DNA of 19,853 nt from an uncultured virus (IMG/VR IMGVR_UViG_2049941000_000054). Lineage: Duplodnaviria; Heunggongvirae; Uroviricota; Caudoviricetes. This document shows positions 1 to 7,441 of this stretch, piece after piece. The stretch lies in the IMG/VR virus record IMGVR_UViG_2049941000_000054. One strand, given 5' to 3'. The position numbers were made by a program, and so were the translations under genes. Each line of letters opens with the position of its first letter. Position 1 is the first letter of the stretch. The notes under the pieces are model-generated. The model ran no database searches and was not told the origin of the DNA. It saw nothing but the letters and a program-made list of their open reading frames with translations.

Positions 1-808
1 AGAGAAGACTCTGGTATTCTGTTGTTCCTCGGAGCAGACTATCGAACTGACAAAGGCTTTCTGCGACGCCGGTATTGACGCAAGATACTGTCTGTCCGGC
101 GATTTCGACGAAGATGAGGAGTACAGTGGCGATCGGAAAGGTGTCGTAGATGCCTTCGCGAGAGGAGATTTCCCCGTCCTCGTAAATTTCGGCTTATTTA
201 CGACGGGCATAGATATTCCGGACATCAAGGTCGTAATGCTTATGTTCTCCACGACATCGCTGGTGAAATACCTTCAGTGTCTCGGTAGAGCCTCGAGGAT
301 TGCGGACGGTAAGAATAATGAGTTCATCTGCCTCGATTTCGGGCGTAACTATGAGAGGTTGGGCAGATATGAGGATCGCCGGGAGTGGAGTGTCTGGCAT
401 AACACTTCTGCGGGTGGTGGCGTACCACCTACGAAGGAGTGCCCGCAGTGTGGGAGGCTTGTGCCAGTGTCGTGGACGGATTGTAAGTTTTGTGGATACC
501 ATTGGCCGACACAGCAGGAAACATACGTTGCGGAATTGCAGGAGGTGGTTGCCAGAGAGGATGACGAGACGATCGAGGGGTATGTCGCGAGGAAAAAACT
601 GGAAGGGAAGAATAATAACTGGATCCTGGTTCAAGTCTGTATCAAGAATCCAGATAATCAGAAGGATGCTTTTATGCGGGCTATAGAAGTACTGAGAACA
701 AAGCACGGGGCGAATATCAGCCCGAAATACTGGTATTTTTTTAAGAAGGAGATATTGAGCAAGGTTAAGGTTAAGAAAGAAGATAGCGATTCTGTATTAT
801 GGAAATAG
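1..808 (+). CDS. Superfamily 2 (RadD/YejH-like) DNA helicase, C-terminal part with zinc finger; 5' truncated
   Basis: Frame is open from position 2: KTLVFC (motif IV), LFTTGIDIPDI (motif V), YLQCLGRASR (motif VI QxxGRxxR), then a CPQC...CKFC zinc ribbon; stop at 808. Confidence 0.85.
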   Translation, partial: EKTLVFCCSSEQTIELTKAFCDAGIDARYCLSGDFDEDEEYSGDRKGVVDAFARGDFPVLVNFGLFTTGIDIPDIKVVMLMFSTTSLVKYLQCLGRASRIADGKNNEFICLDFGRNYERLGRYEDRREWSVWHNTSAGGGVPPTKECPQCGRLVPVSWTDCKFCGYHWPTQQETYVAELQEVVAREDDETIEGYVARKKLEGKNNNWILVQVCIKNPDNQKDAFMRAIEVLRTKHGANISPKYWYFFKKEILSKVKVKKEDSDSVLWK

Positions 809-989
809 GCGATAGGGTCAAAGTCGCCAGGCTTGACCAATACACACTTGATGTTATTATGGCGACTAACGCCAAGTCTCCGATAGGGATGACTGGAACT
901 ATTATAGAGAAGTATTATAATCATAATATGAGAAGGGATGAGGTGGTCGTAGAGGCGGATGGCACTTGGGATAAGTGGCTTTGGACACC
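799..989 (+). CDS. Small hypothetical phage protein (KOW/SH3-like beta pattern); 3' end lost in N gap
   Basis: ATG overlaps the helicase end; MEIGDRVKV...IGMTGTIIE resembles small SH3-like phage proteins; interrupted by Ns at 990-999. Confidence 0.5.
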
Positions 990-1003
990 NNNNNNNNNNT
1001 CAT

Positions 1004-1199
1004 ATGCGGACATTGATAGAGGCATATGGGGTTAGCAGGACTCGCGACAAAAAAAGGCGTGATTGTTAAGCAGACGACTCTCCCGTGGGTAAACTGCATC
1101 CATACCAATGTTGGCGGAGGGTGGAAGACGATGGAGGTATTAATATTGGAGGTATATGCAGATAGGGAACTTACTCCCGCCGAGACAGATCGGATTTAA
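1004..1199 (+). CDS. Free-standing C5-MTase TRD-like module 1 (start at 1026, or at 1004 with a frameshift in the A7 run)
   Basis: Manual translation: ...KKGVIVKQTTLPWVNCIHTNVGGGWKTMEVLILEVYADRELTPAETDRI* (TAA 1197-1199). It has an NCIHT (TL-like) core and an LEVY end. ATG 1026 is in frame. ATG 1004 (MRTLIEAYGVSRTRDKK) joins only if A7 at 1049-1055 were A6. Confidence 0.55.
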
Positions 1200-1479
1200 T
1201 AATCCTCAAGAAGGTAGGATTTATTCCTTGGACGATGTGGGACCGACAATTCGGAACGATAGCAGATATTGGATATTAGAGGTATATGATGAAGATAGCG
1301 GCGTACAACATAAAGAAACAGCGGAATGAATACGGCCGCCAGATCCGCAAGGATTACGAGGCTCATAGGCTTCCTGGGGTTCGCCGTAAGGATATAAAGG
1401 AACTAGTGCCGATGTTTGATGGTGTTTGTCGGACGATAACGACGATAGTCGAGGATAATTTATTGTTAGAGGTGTATGA
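1146..1479 (+). repeat. Dispersed junction repeat TT(A/G)GAGGT(A/G)TATG encoding LEVY and the next start codon
   Basis: Copies at 1146-1158 (ttggaggtatatg), 1276-1288 (ttagaggtatatg) and 1466-1478 (ttagaggtgtatg). Degenerate copies at 1016-1028 (atagaggcatatg), 1611 (atggagattatag), 2783-2795 (cttgaaatgtatg) and 2961 (ttggagattg). Confidence 0.8.
1156..1329 (+). CDS. Free-standing C5-MTase TRD-like module 2 (57 aa)
   Basis: Manual translation: MQIGNLLPPRQIGFNNPQEGRIYSLDDVGPTIRNDSRYWILEVYDEDSGVQHKETAE*. QIGN...NPQxGRIYSxDxxxPTI resembles variable-region repeats of phage Dcm-type MTases. Not in the supplied ORF track. Confidence 0.65.
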   Translation: MQIGNLLPPRQIGFNNPQEGRIYSLDDVGPTIRNDSRYWILEVYDEDSGVQHKETAE

Positions 1480-1489
1480 AGGTGATTAG
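1286..1489 (+). CDS. Free-standing C5-MTase TRD-like module 3 (67 aa)
   Basis: RNEYGRQIRKDYE...DGVCRTITTIVEDNLLLEVY resembles the DGxxNTLTTVQKDNLLLE type of variable-region repeat. Confidence 0.65.
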   Translation: MMKIAAYNIKKQRNEYGRQIRKDYEAHRLPGVRRKDIKELVPMFDGVCRTITTIVEDNLLLEVYEGD

Positions 1490-2676
1490 TTGTGCTCTTC
1501 GCGGTAGAGGGGGCGTGTCTGGGCGAAAGGACTCTTGGCATCTCCGGCTCGAATTAGGGGACGAGGATGTAAGCAATACGATAGACACTGTTCAAAAAGA
1601 CTATTTGATAATGGAGATTATAGCGATAAAGAACCCGCTGAAAGGCAAGACGGGGTATGGCTGGCATTTTGAGCAGAATGTGTACGAAATTGACTCGCTG
1701 GTACGGTCTTTGAAGGCTGGGGAGGGTTCAGGGAATATACCGAAAATTATTGATATGGCAAAACATTACAGAATTAGGAAGCTCACTCCGACGGAGTGCC
1801 TGCGATTGATGGGTGTGAGCGACGAAGACATCCAGAAGATGAAGGATGCAGGCATTAGTGACAGTCAGTTGTATAAGATGGCGGACAACAGCATAGTTGT
1901 GCCCGTGCTTGAGGGCATCTTCCGCAATATGGGATTCACAGAGAAACCGCTACGCGTGTTCGAGGCGTTTGCGGGCTACGGCTCGCAGAGNNNNNNNNNN
2001 NNNNNNNNNNNNNNNNNNNNNNNNNNNNNNNNNNNNNNNNNNNNNNNCTCTTCGGAACATCGGCGTCGATCACGAGGTGGTCGGTATCAGCGAGATCGAC
2101 AAGTATGCGATTATGGGCTATAACGCCACGCACCCGGAAACGAAGAATTTCGGAGACATCAGCGAGATAGACTGGCAGGAAGTGCCGGATTTCAACCTGT
2201 TTACCTACAGCTTCCCTTGTACGGACATCTCGAATGCGGGCGCACAGGCTGGATTTGAAGAAGGGAGCGGCACTAGGAGCAGTCTTTTGTGGGAGTGCAA
2301 GAAGGCTATCGAGGAGAAGCATCCGAAATATCTGCTGATGGAGAACGTGAAGGCAATCACGAGCAAGAAGTTCCTACCCGGTATTTTAAGATGGCAGGAG
2401 TTCCTGTCGAAGCAGGGATATGTCAACTTCATCGATGTGCTGAATGCGAAGGACTACGGGATTCCGCAGAATCGGGAGCGGTGTTTCTTGGTTTCTATCC
2501 TGGATGCTGCGTGGTATCAATTCCCCGAGCCAGTGGAACTGACGCTGAAATTGAAAGATATCCTAGAACCCACTGTCAGTGAGAAATATTATCTTGACCA
2601 AGCGAGGGTTGACAAATTTATAGCGGGACTGAGTGATGAAAAACGAGCTGCACTTGAAGAAGGTCGTACCGATTAA
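1476..2676 (+). CDS. Circularly permuted DNA (cytosine-5)-methyltransferase with two N-terminally fused TRD-like modules; spans N gap 1991-2047
   Basis: Order: TRD-like (SNTIDTVQKDYLIME), TRD-like (VRSLKAGEGSGNIPKI), motif IX RKLTPTECLRLMG, motif X QLYKMADNSIVV, motif I FEAFAGYGSQ, gap, motif II SEID, GDI, motif IV SFPCTDIS (2212-2220), motif VI ENV (2341), motif VIII PQNRER. The frame change across the gap is attributed to an inexact gap length. Confidence 0.85.
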
Positions 2677-2812
2677 CGCAACGCCAGACGGCTTTTGCCG
2701 GACTATAAAAGCACAGTATTACAAAAATGGATTCCGCAATTTCACATTTTTCGAAGACGGCGGTTTTGGCGCGACGGGAGTGCTTGAAATGTATGAAGAG
2801 GACGATAAATAA
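2636..2812 (+). CDS. Free-standing C5-MTase TRD-like module (58 aa), downstream of the core
   Basis: Manual translation: MKNELHLKKVVPINATPDGFCRTIKAQYYKNGFRNFTFFEDGGFGATGVLEMYEEDDK*. It has a DGxCRTI core like module 3 and an LEMY end. It overlaps the MTase 3' end in the +1 frame. Confidence 0.65.
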   Translation: MKNELHLKKVVPINATPDGFCRTIKAQYYKNGFRNFTFFEDGGFGATGVLEMYEEDDK

Positions 2813-2996
2813 TGAGACCCCGGTTGCGAAGATTTTTAATCTGGGTGATGGAAGGTTTGCGATGAATGCTCCGGACGGCGTTGCGTGTACACTAACTGGT
2901 GCCCATCACTTTGCTGGAAATATAACTCATCCTCGACAGGGGTTTAGACAGATGGGAGTATTGGAGATTGAGGATACGCCGGAGGATTCCGAATAA
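2793..2996 (+). CDS. Free-standing C5-MTase TRD-like module (67 aa), last of the array
   Basis: MKRTINNETPVAKIFNLGDGRFAMNAPDGVACTLTGAHHFAGNITHPRQGFRQMGVLEIEDTPEDSE*. It has an N-x-PDG-x-x-CTL core and a GVLEI end. Its ATG lies in the TATG of the previous LEMY. Confidence 0.6.
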   Translation: MKRTINNETPVAKIFNLGDGRFAMNAPDGVACTLTGAHHFAGNITHPRQGFRQMGVLEIEDTPEDSE

Positions 2997-3002
2997 TTTT
3001 CT

Positions 3003-3010
3003 TATCTTTG
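3003..3010 (+). promoter_or_regulatory. Bacteroidota-type -7 promoter element TATCTTTG
   Basis: Matches TAnnTTTG in the intergenic gap before the ORF at 3027; no clear -33 TTTG. Confidence 0.55.
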
Positions 3011-3026
3011 CAAAAACCGTAAAGAT

Positions 3027-3245
3027 ATGATAATTAATTTTACAGGCTCTCCTTACGACTACGCAAAGAGCCTTCCCAAAAAGGAACTGCGAGCTTTGAT
3101 CCGCGAGTGTAAGAAGGCGCGAGAGCAGGATTACAACGAGTGGACTGACCGTTGTAGAGTATGCTTTGAAAGGGTCGCATCGGGGGACGACGAGCAGGCT
3201 CGTTGGTGGAGTAACCACGCAGAATTTGTAAGACCCGGCGAATGA
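3027..3245 (+). CDS. Hypothetical protein (72 aa)
   Basis: ORF downstream of the promoter motif; its stop overlaps the next start (ATGA). Confidence 0.6.
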   Translation: MIINFTGSPYDYAKSLPKKELRALIRECKKAREQDYNEWTDRCRVCFERVASGDDEQARWWSNHAEFVRPGE

Positions 3246-3643
3246 TCATAGAGACCCCCGAGCCGCAGAGGAGGAGAACGCACCATTCAAACGAGGGTAG
3301 GATCCAGGCAGAGTGTTTTGCTTGGTTTTGGAATGAATTTCCCCAATACAGGAAGCTATTGTTCCACGTTCCAAATGAAAACGACAGAGCCGACAGTAAT
3401 CCCATCCAGGGTGCAATCAGAAAGAGTCTTGGGGTCGTCCCGGGTGTTTCCGACCTTATTTTGCTTGTTCCTCGCGGTTCCCACGGCGCGCTTCTTATCG
3501 AAATGAAGGACGAAAAGGGGACTCAGAAGCCTGCGCAAAAGGAATGGCAAACCATAGTGGAGGCCCAGGGATACAAGTACTGCTTGTGCCGTAGTTTGGC
3601 ACAATTTAAAAATGTGATCTCTGACTATTTGAATCTCAAATAA
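3242..3643 (+). CDS. VRR-NUC domain (PD-(D/E)XK) nuclease
   Basis: EGRIQ...LFHVPNE...GVVPGVSDLILL...LLIEMK...QKEWQ is the VRR-NUC signature. Confidence 0.85.
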   Translation: MIIETPEPQRRRTHHSNEGRIQAECFAWFWNEFPQYRKLLFHVPNENDRADSNPIQGAIRKSLGVVPGVSDLILLVPRGSHGALLIEMKDEKGTQKPAQKEWQTIVEAQGYKYCLCRSLAQFKNVISDYLNLK

Positions 3644-3658
3644 TTATCGCCATCTTTG
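3628..3658 (+). promoter_or_regulatory. Probable Bacteroidota-type promoter (TTTG-N19-CATCTTTG)
   Basis: TTTG at 3628-3631, 19-nt spacer, and CATCTTTG at 3651-3658 (one mismatch to TAnnTTTG), upstream of the phosphoesterase. Confidence 0.5.
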
Positions 3659-3683
3659 CCTCATAAATTAGAATGACCGCATT

Positions 3684-4694
3684 ATGAGATATGTTCTTGA
3701 TGAGCAAGGGCGTCGTTTCCCGAGCCTTTGGAAAGCCACGAAAGCCAATGGCGCAACATGTGGCGGAGCGTTACTAAAGAGGTTGAACAAAAAGGGTATT
3801 GTCAGGTCTGGAGGGCACACCTTCTATCTATATGAAGATGACCAGCCCATAACTCCTACGACGACAAATGTGGTCGTGCAGAAGGACCCTACCATGGAGC
3901 GTTTGAGAAAACGTTATTCCGATTCTGAGATAGAGGCCATCGCTAGGGGAGAGGGGATCGAACGTAGGATTATCGTTTTTCCGGAAATTCGGCTTACTGG
4001 TAAGCACCATAAGTTTGTAGTGATAAGCGACACCCACGTCGGCAGCGTCTATTCCCCGTATGAGTGGCATAATGTCGTTTCTGATTATGTTAATAATAAT
4101 GGTATCGAAGCCGTCCTGCATTGCGGAGACCTTGTGGAGGGGATGAAAATCCAGAGGATAGGCACACAGATATACGAATTGTCGGATATAGGATACGAGG
4201 CACAGAAAGCGAGAGCTGCGGAATTGTTATCAAAATACAAAGTTCCTATATATATGATCAGCGGAAACCACGATTTTTACTATCAAGAATATGCCGGGGC
4301 TAATATAATAAAGGCGCTATCCGACAGTTTGGATAATCTGACATATATCGGGCACGATTCCGCAGATATAGATGTTGATGGTGCCACAATACGCCTTTTC
4401 CACGGAGGAGATGGCTCGAATTCCTACGCGGTTTCGTACCGGCTCCAGAAGTTATGCGAGGCGATTACTGGCGGAGAAAAACCGAATATCCTTATTGCCG
4501 GGCACGTCCATAAGTTCTGCTATATATTCGAACGCAACATTCACGCGATCTCGGCTCCTTGTATGCAGATGCAGACCAACTTTATGAGAGGGAAGAAGTT
4601 GGCAGCGCATACGGGCTTCCTTGAATTAGAGTTCGATGTGAACGACAAGAATATCTGTAACCTCGGTGTTAAATTCTTCCCTTTTTACGCTTAG
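3684..4694 (+). CDS. Calcineurin-like metallophosphoesterase with an N-terminal putative DNA-binding domain
   Basis: Motifs ISDTH, HCGDLVEG, SGNHD, LFHG and AGHVH. The N-terminal ~50 aa (GRRFPSLWKATKANG...GHTFY) resemble NUMOD1/HTH-like domains. Confidence 0.8.
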   Translation: MRYVLDEQGRRFPSLWKATKANGATCGGALLKRLNKKGIVRSGGHTFYLYEDDQPITPTTTNVVVQKDPTMERLRKRYSDSEIEAIARGEGIERRIIVFPEIRLTGKHHKFVVISDTHVGSVYSPYEWHNVVSDYVNNNGIEAVLHCGDLVEGMKIQRIGTQIYELSDIGYEAQKARAAELLSKYKVPIYMISGNHDFYYQEYAGANIIKALSDSLDNLTYIGHDSADIDVDGATIRLFHGGDGSNSYAVSYRLQKLCEAITGGEKPNILIAGHVHKFCYIFERNIHAISAPCMQMQTNFMRGKKLAAHTGFLELEFDVNDKNICNLGVKFFPFYA

Positions 4695-4697
4695 AAA

Positions 4698-5249
4698 ATG
4701 GCAACACCACTGATTCCATTACGACCACAGGGCTATGTGTCTGACCTTAAGCCCGAGCAGCAGCTCGCGCTATCTTGGTTCGTATTGTCGAAATGCACGA
4801 GGAAGGAGGCTTTTATCCGCTTTGCCAGACCAGACCTAGCACTATCTAGCTCTGCACCTGCATTAGATAACCACGTCAAGGAGTTTTTTGCGTCCAAAAG
4901 TGCGAAGGAGTATATTGAAGCGTACACGAAAACAATAGAAAATTTTCTACACCCCGCTCCTGCCGCGGAGTCAAAGGCGAAGGGCAGTATGGAAGAGCGG
5001 AAGGCGAGGGCAAAGACAAAACTGGTAGAGTTCGCTATGAGCCTTGCCGATAATATCGAAAACGCTGGCGATCCCGAATTCGTCCTCAAAATAGCCGACA
5101 AGGCAGGGCTTCTCGATATGGAGGATAAGGTCGAGGAGCAGCCGAGGCGATATCTCCCCGAGACATGCGATGGCTGTGCATATCGAAAATTTGTCGAGGA
5201 GAACTGCGAAATAGTTGAGGACGGCACAGAAATTGAAGGGAAAGAGTAA
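4698..5249 (+). CDS. Probable terminase small subunit
   Basis: 183-aa helical protein close upstream of TerL with a C-terminal CxxC (CDGC); assigned mainly by position. Confidence 0.45.
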   Translation: MATPLIPLRPQGYVSDLKPEQQLALSWFVLSKCTRKEAFIRFARPDLALSSSAPALDNHVKEFFASKSAKEYIEAYTKTIENFLHPAPAAESKAKGSMEERKARAKTKLVEFAMSLADNIENAGDPEFVLKIADKAGLLDMEDKVEEQPRRYLPETCDGCAYRKFVEENCEIVEDGTEIEGKE

Positions 5250-5263
5250 TATTTGTGTAGTAT

Positions 5264-5568
5264 ATGGAAATTATTGGAAAAATCATTGCAGTCCCTCCTG
5301 TTGAGAGGGGTATGTCACAGAGGGGACCCTGGGCAAGGGCGACTGTGGTTGTAGAATATGAGTCCGGGCAGTTCCCGAAAAGTATCGCTTTGCAGAACTC
5401 GAAAGATGCTGAAAACTTCGCGAAACTTTCGATAGGCCAGACTGGAAAATTTTATTTCGACACAAAGACCCGCGAGTATAACGGGAAATACTATACGGAC
5501 ATTAANNNNNNNNNNAGGTGCAGGGGGCACAGAATACCGCCCCGTCAGTGCCTGGAGCACCTTTCTAA
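5264..5568 (+). CDS. DUF3127-like OB-fold, putative single-stranded DNA-binding protein
   Basis: MEIIGKIIAVPPVERGMSQRGPW...FDTKTREYNGKYYTDI matches the DUF3127 pattern. After the gap one frame reads VQGAQNTAPSVPGAPF* (TAA 5566-5568), an SSB-like PF end. Confidence 0.7.
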
Positions 5569-5610
5569 CAGAAACATACCTCGTACTTAGTTCTGAGTTT
5601 GCCATGACCC

Positions 5611-5641
5611 GCCCCGGACGAAAGTTCGGGGCTTACTATTT
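5611..5641 (+). terminator. Intrinsic terminator hairpin
   Basis: GCCCCGGAC-GAAA-GTTCGGGGC (9-bp stem with one G:U, GNRA loop) followed by TTACTATTT. Confidence 0.7.
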
Positions 5642-5669
5642 GCAAACATTGTAATTCTTCCTACATTTG
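5639..5669 (+). promoter_or_regulatory. Bacteroidota sigma70-type promoter (TTTG-N19-TACATTTG) for the packaging/structural genes
   Basis: TTTG at 5639-5642, 19-nt spacer, and TACATTTG at 5662-5669: an exact match to the -33/-7 consensus. Confidence 0.7.
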
Positions 5670-5675
5670 CATTGT

Positions 5676-7421
5676 ATGTTCCGACTCAAGAATAAAGATG
5701 CTGTTTTCCCACCTCTTTACGACCACGTAGAGAGGCAGTTAGCATCTGTTTCCGATAAGGGTTGGGACAAGGTTGGCGATTTTACACTGAGGGAGGGTAT
5801 CGATTTGATCCCCCAGGTCGGGTTGCAGGAAGACGTCTGCAGATGCACGTCCAATTTGATCTTCGCGTGCGGAATGGCGACTTCCGGGAAGAGTTTTAGT
5901 ATCTTTCTTAAGGCTTTGCAGGGAATCGGTAAGCCGGGATACACCGGTCGTCTTATTAATGTCCGTAAATTGGACTCTGCAAAGGGTACATCAATGTTTA
6001 GGGACGCAACTGCCGTATGGGGAGATTTCTCCGGATGTCAAGTGACATATGGCGAGCTCCCTACCTTCGCATGGCCACAGTGGAACAACGCAATCCAGAT
6101 GATCCACGCCAACTTCAATGCGGACAATCCCGGAGAATGGGCGGAATTCATTGAGTATATAAAGAAACAGCAGGCGTCCTTTATCGCAATAGACGAGGCG
6201 ACCGCTATCCGCCAGTTTAAGATGTTTACATACATCTTCTCGAGAAATAGGGATTCCTCCGGTGTCACTCCTCAGATGCTCCTTACCTTCAACCCGGAAT
6301 ACGAGCATTGGACAACGAGGATGCTGTTGTGCGCCGGCTATCTGGATGAAAATACTTGGACGATTAAGCCCGAAATGGATGGCGTGGAACGCTATTTCTA
6401 CATCCAGGGCAACGAGCCGGAAGAAATGGTATGGGGAGATTCAAGAGAAGAAGTGGTGCACGCGGCCCATATCAAACTAAACAAGGACGATATCGCAGCG
6501 GGACTTAAGGCGGAAGATATGGTTAAGTCCTTCTCTTGCTTCACTGGGACTGCCGCAGGTAACAGGAAACTGGTATCCGCCACGAAAGGCCAGTCTGTCG
6601 CTAACCTGCATAATGTCGGAGGAAAGCAAAGAGCCGTCCTTGCCGAGGCTTACTTCGGTCCGATCGAGAATGAAGAAATAAGCGTAACCAAGCAGATGGT
6701 GCGCTCACTGCCTTCCAATCCGATCAATGACGATGAGAATCTGTACGCGACAATGGATATCTCGGGTGGTAATACAGACAGCGATAACTGCCCGATGATT
6801 ATCTGGAAGGGCCTCCGTATAATCGGGATAGAGATGTTCCGTGGGGATCCAAAGCAACTCGTTGAATGGATCGATGCTATGTTGGTCAAATATGGCGTGC
6901 CCGTCCAAAATTTTGCCTTTGATGCGACTGGCATTGGTAACTACTTAAAAGCATATACGAGCGGTTGGCCGATAACGGCAAACAAGACTGCGATGCAAGA
7001 ATATGACGAGCAGGGCAACCAGGTGGTCTTTGAACAATACTTCAACCTTCGCTCACAACTTCTCGGCAAGATGAAGGTGCTTTTTGAGACTGGTAAGATC
7101 TCCTCGGCTCTTCCGCTTGAAACGCGGATTCCATACGGGAAGAAGGGCGAGACGCGCCGACTTGAGGATATCCTATATGACGAGATCGACCTTTTTGCAG
7201 TCACCACCCGTAATAAACGTATATATTATAGGAGTAAGGATGAATACAAGTCCAAACACCATCATTCTCCGGACTTGATGGATGCCATTACACTCCGCTC
7301 TGTCTGGGAGTTGGATGCAAGACCGAAAAAGCAGCCGATGCCCGAGATAGAGGACGATGCATATGATGATATTTTTGTTGACTACGCTGGCGGACGCGCT
7401 GGAAGTGTAGTCTGGGTTTAA
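5676..7421 (+). CDS. terL: Terminase large subunit
   Basis: Walker A GMATSGKS, Walker B IAIDEAT, motif III LTFNP, and nuclease acidic motifs TMDISGG, FDATGIG and SPDLMDAI. ATG at 5676 is preferred over TTG at 5667. Confidence 0.9.
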   Translation: MFRLKNKDAVFPPLYDHVERQLASVSDKGWDKVGDFTLREGIDLIPQVGLQEDVCRCTSNLIFACGMATSGKSFSIFLKALQGIGKPGYTGRLINVRKLDSAKGTSMFRDATAVWGDFSGCQVTYGELPTFAWPQWNNAIQMIHANFNADNPGEWAEFIEYIKKQQASFIAIDEATAIRQFKMFTYIFSRNRDSSGVTPQMLLTFNPEYEHWTTRMLLCAGYLDENTWTIKPEMDGVERYFYIQGNEPEEMVWGDSREEVVHAAHIKLNKDDIAAGLKAEDMVKSFSCFTGTAAGNRKLVSATKGQSVANLHNVGGKQRAVLAEAYFGPIENEEISVTKQMVRSLPSNPINDDENLYATMDISGGNTDSDNCPMIIWKGLRIIGIEMFRGDPKQLVEWIDAMLVKYGVPVQNFAFDATGIGNYLKAYTSGWPITANKTAMQEYDEQGNQVVFEQYFNLRSQLLGKMKVLFETGKISSALPLETRIPYGKKGETRRLEDILYDEIDLFAVTTRNKRIYYRSKDEYKSKHHHSPDLMDAITLRSVWELDARPKKQPMPEIEDDAYDDIFVDYAGGRAGSVVWV

Positions 7422-7441
7422 CATAGAATCGCGATTTACCT

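Noticed and set aside
1146..1479. CRISPR array or DGR interpretation of the junction repeats
   Set aside because: The repeats are only ~13 nt, irregularly spaced (130-190 nt) and protein-coding. No cas gene, reverse transcriptase or TR/VR pair is visible.
1897..2123. Two overlapping MTase ORFs or a programmed frameshift after motif I
   Set aside because: The frame switch lies inside the 1991-2047 gap; a short fill restores one ORF.
2727..2792. Longer start (ATG 2727) for the last TRD-like ORF
   Set aside because: This stretch is better explained as coding for the 2636-2812 module, and ATG 2793 fits the TATG junction pattern.
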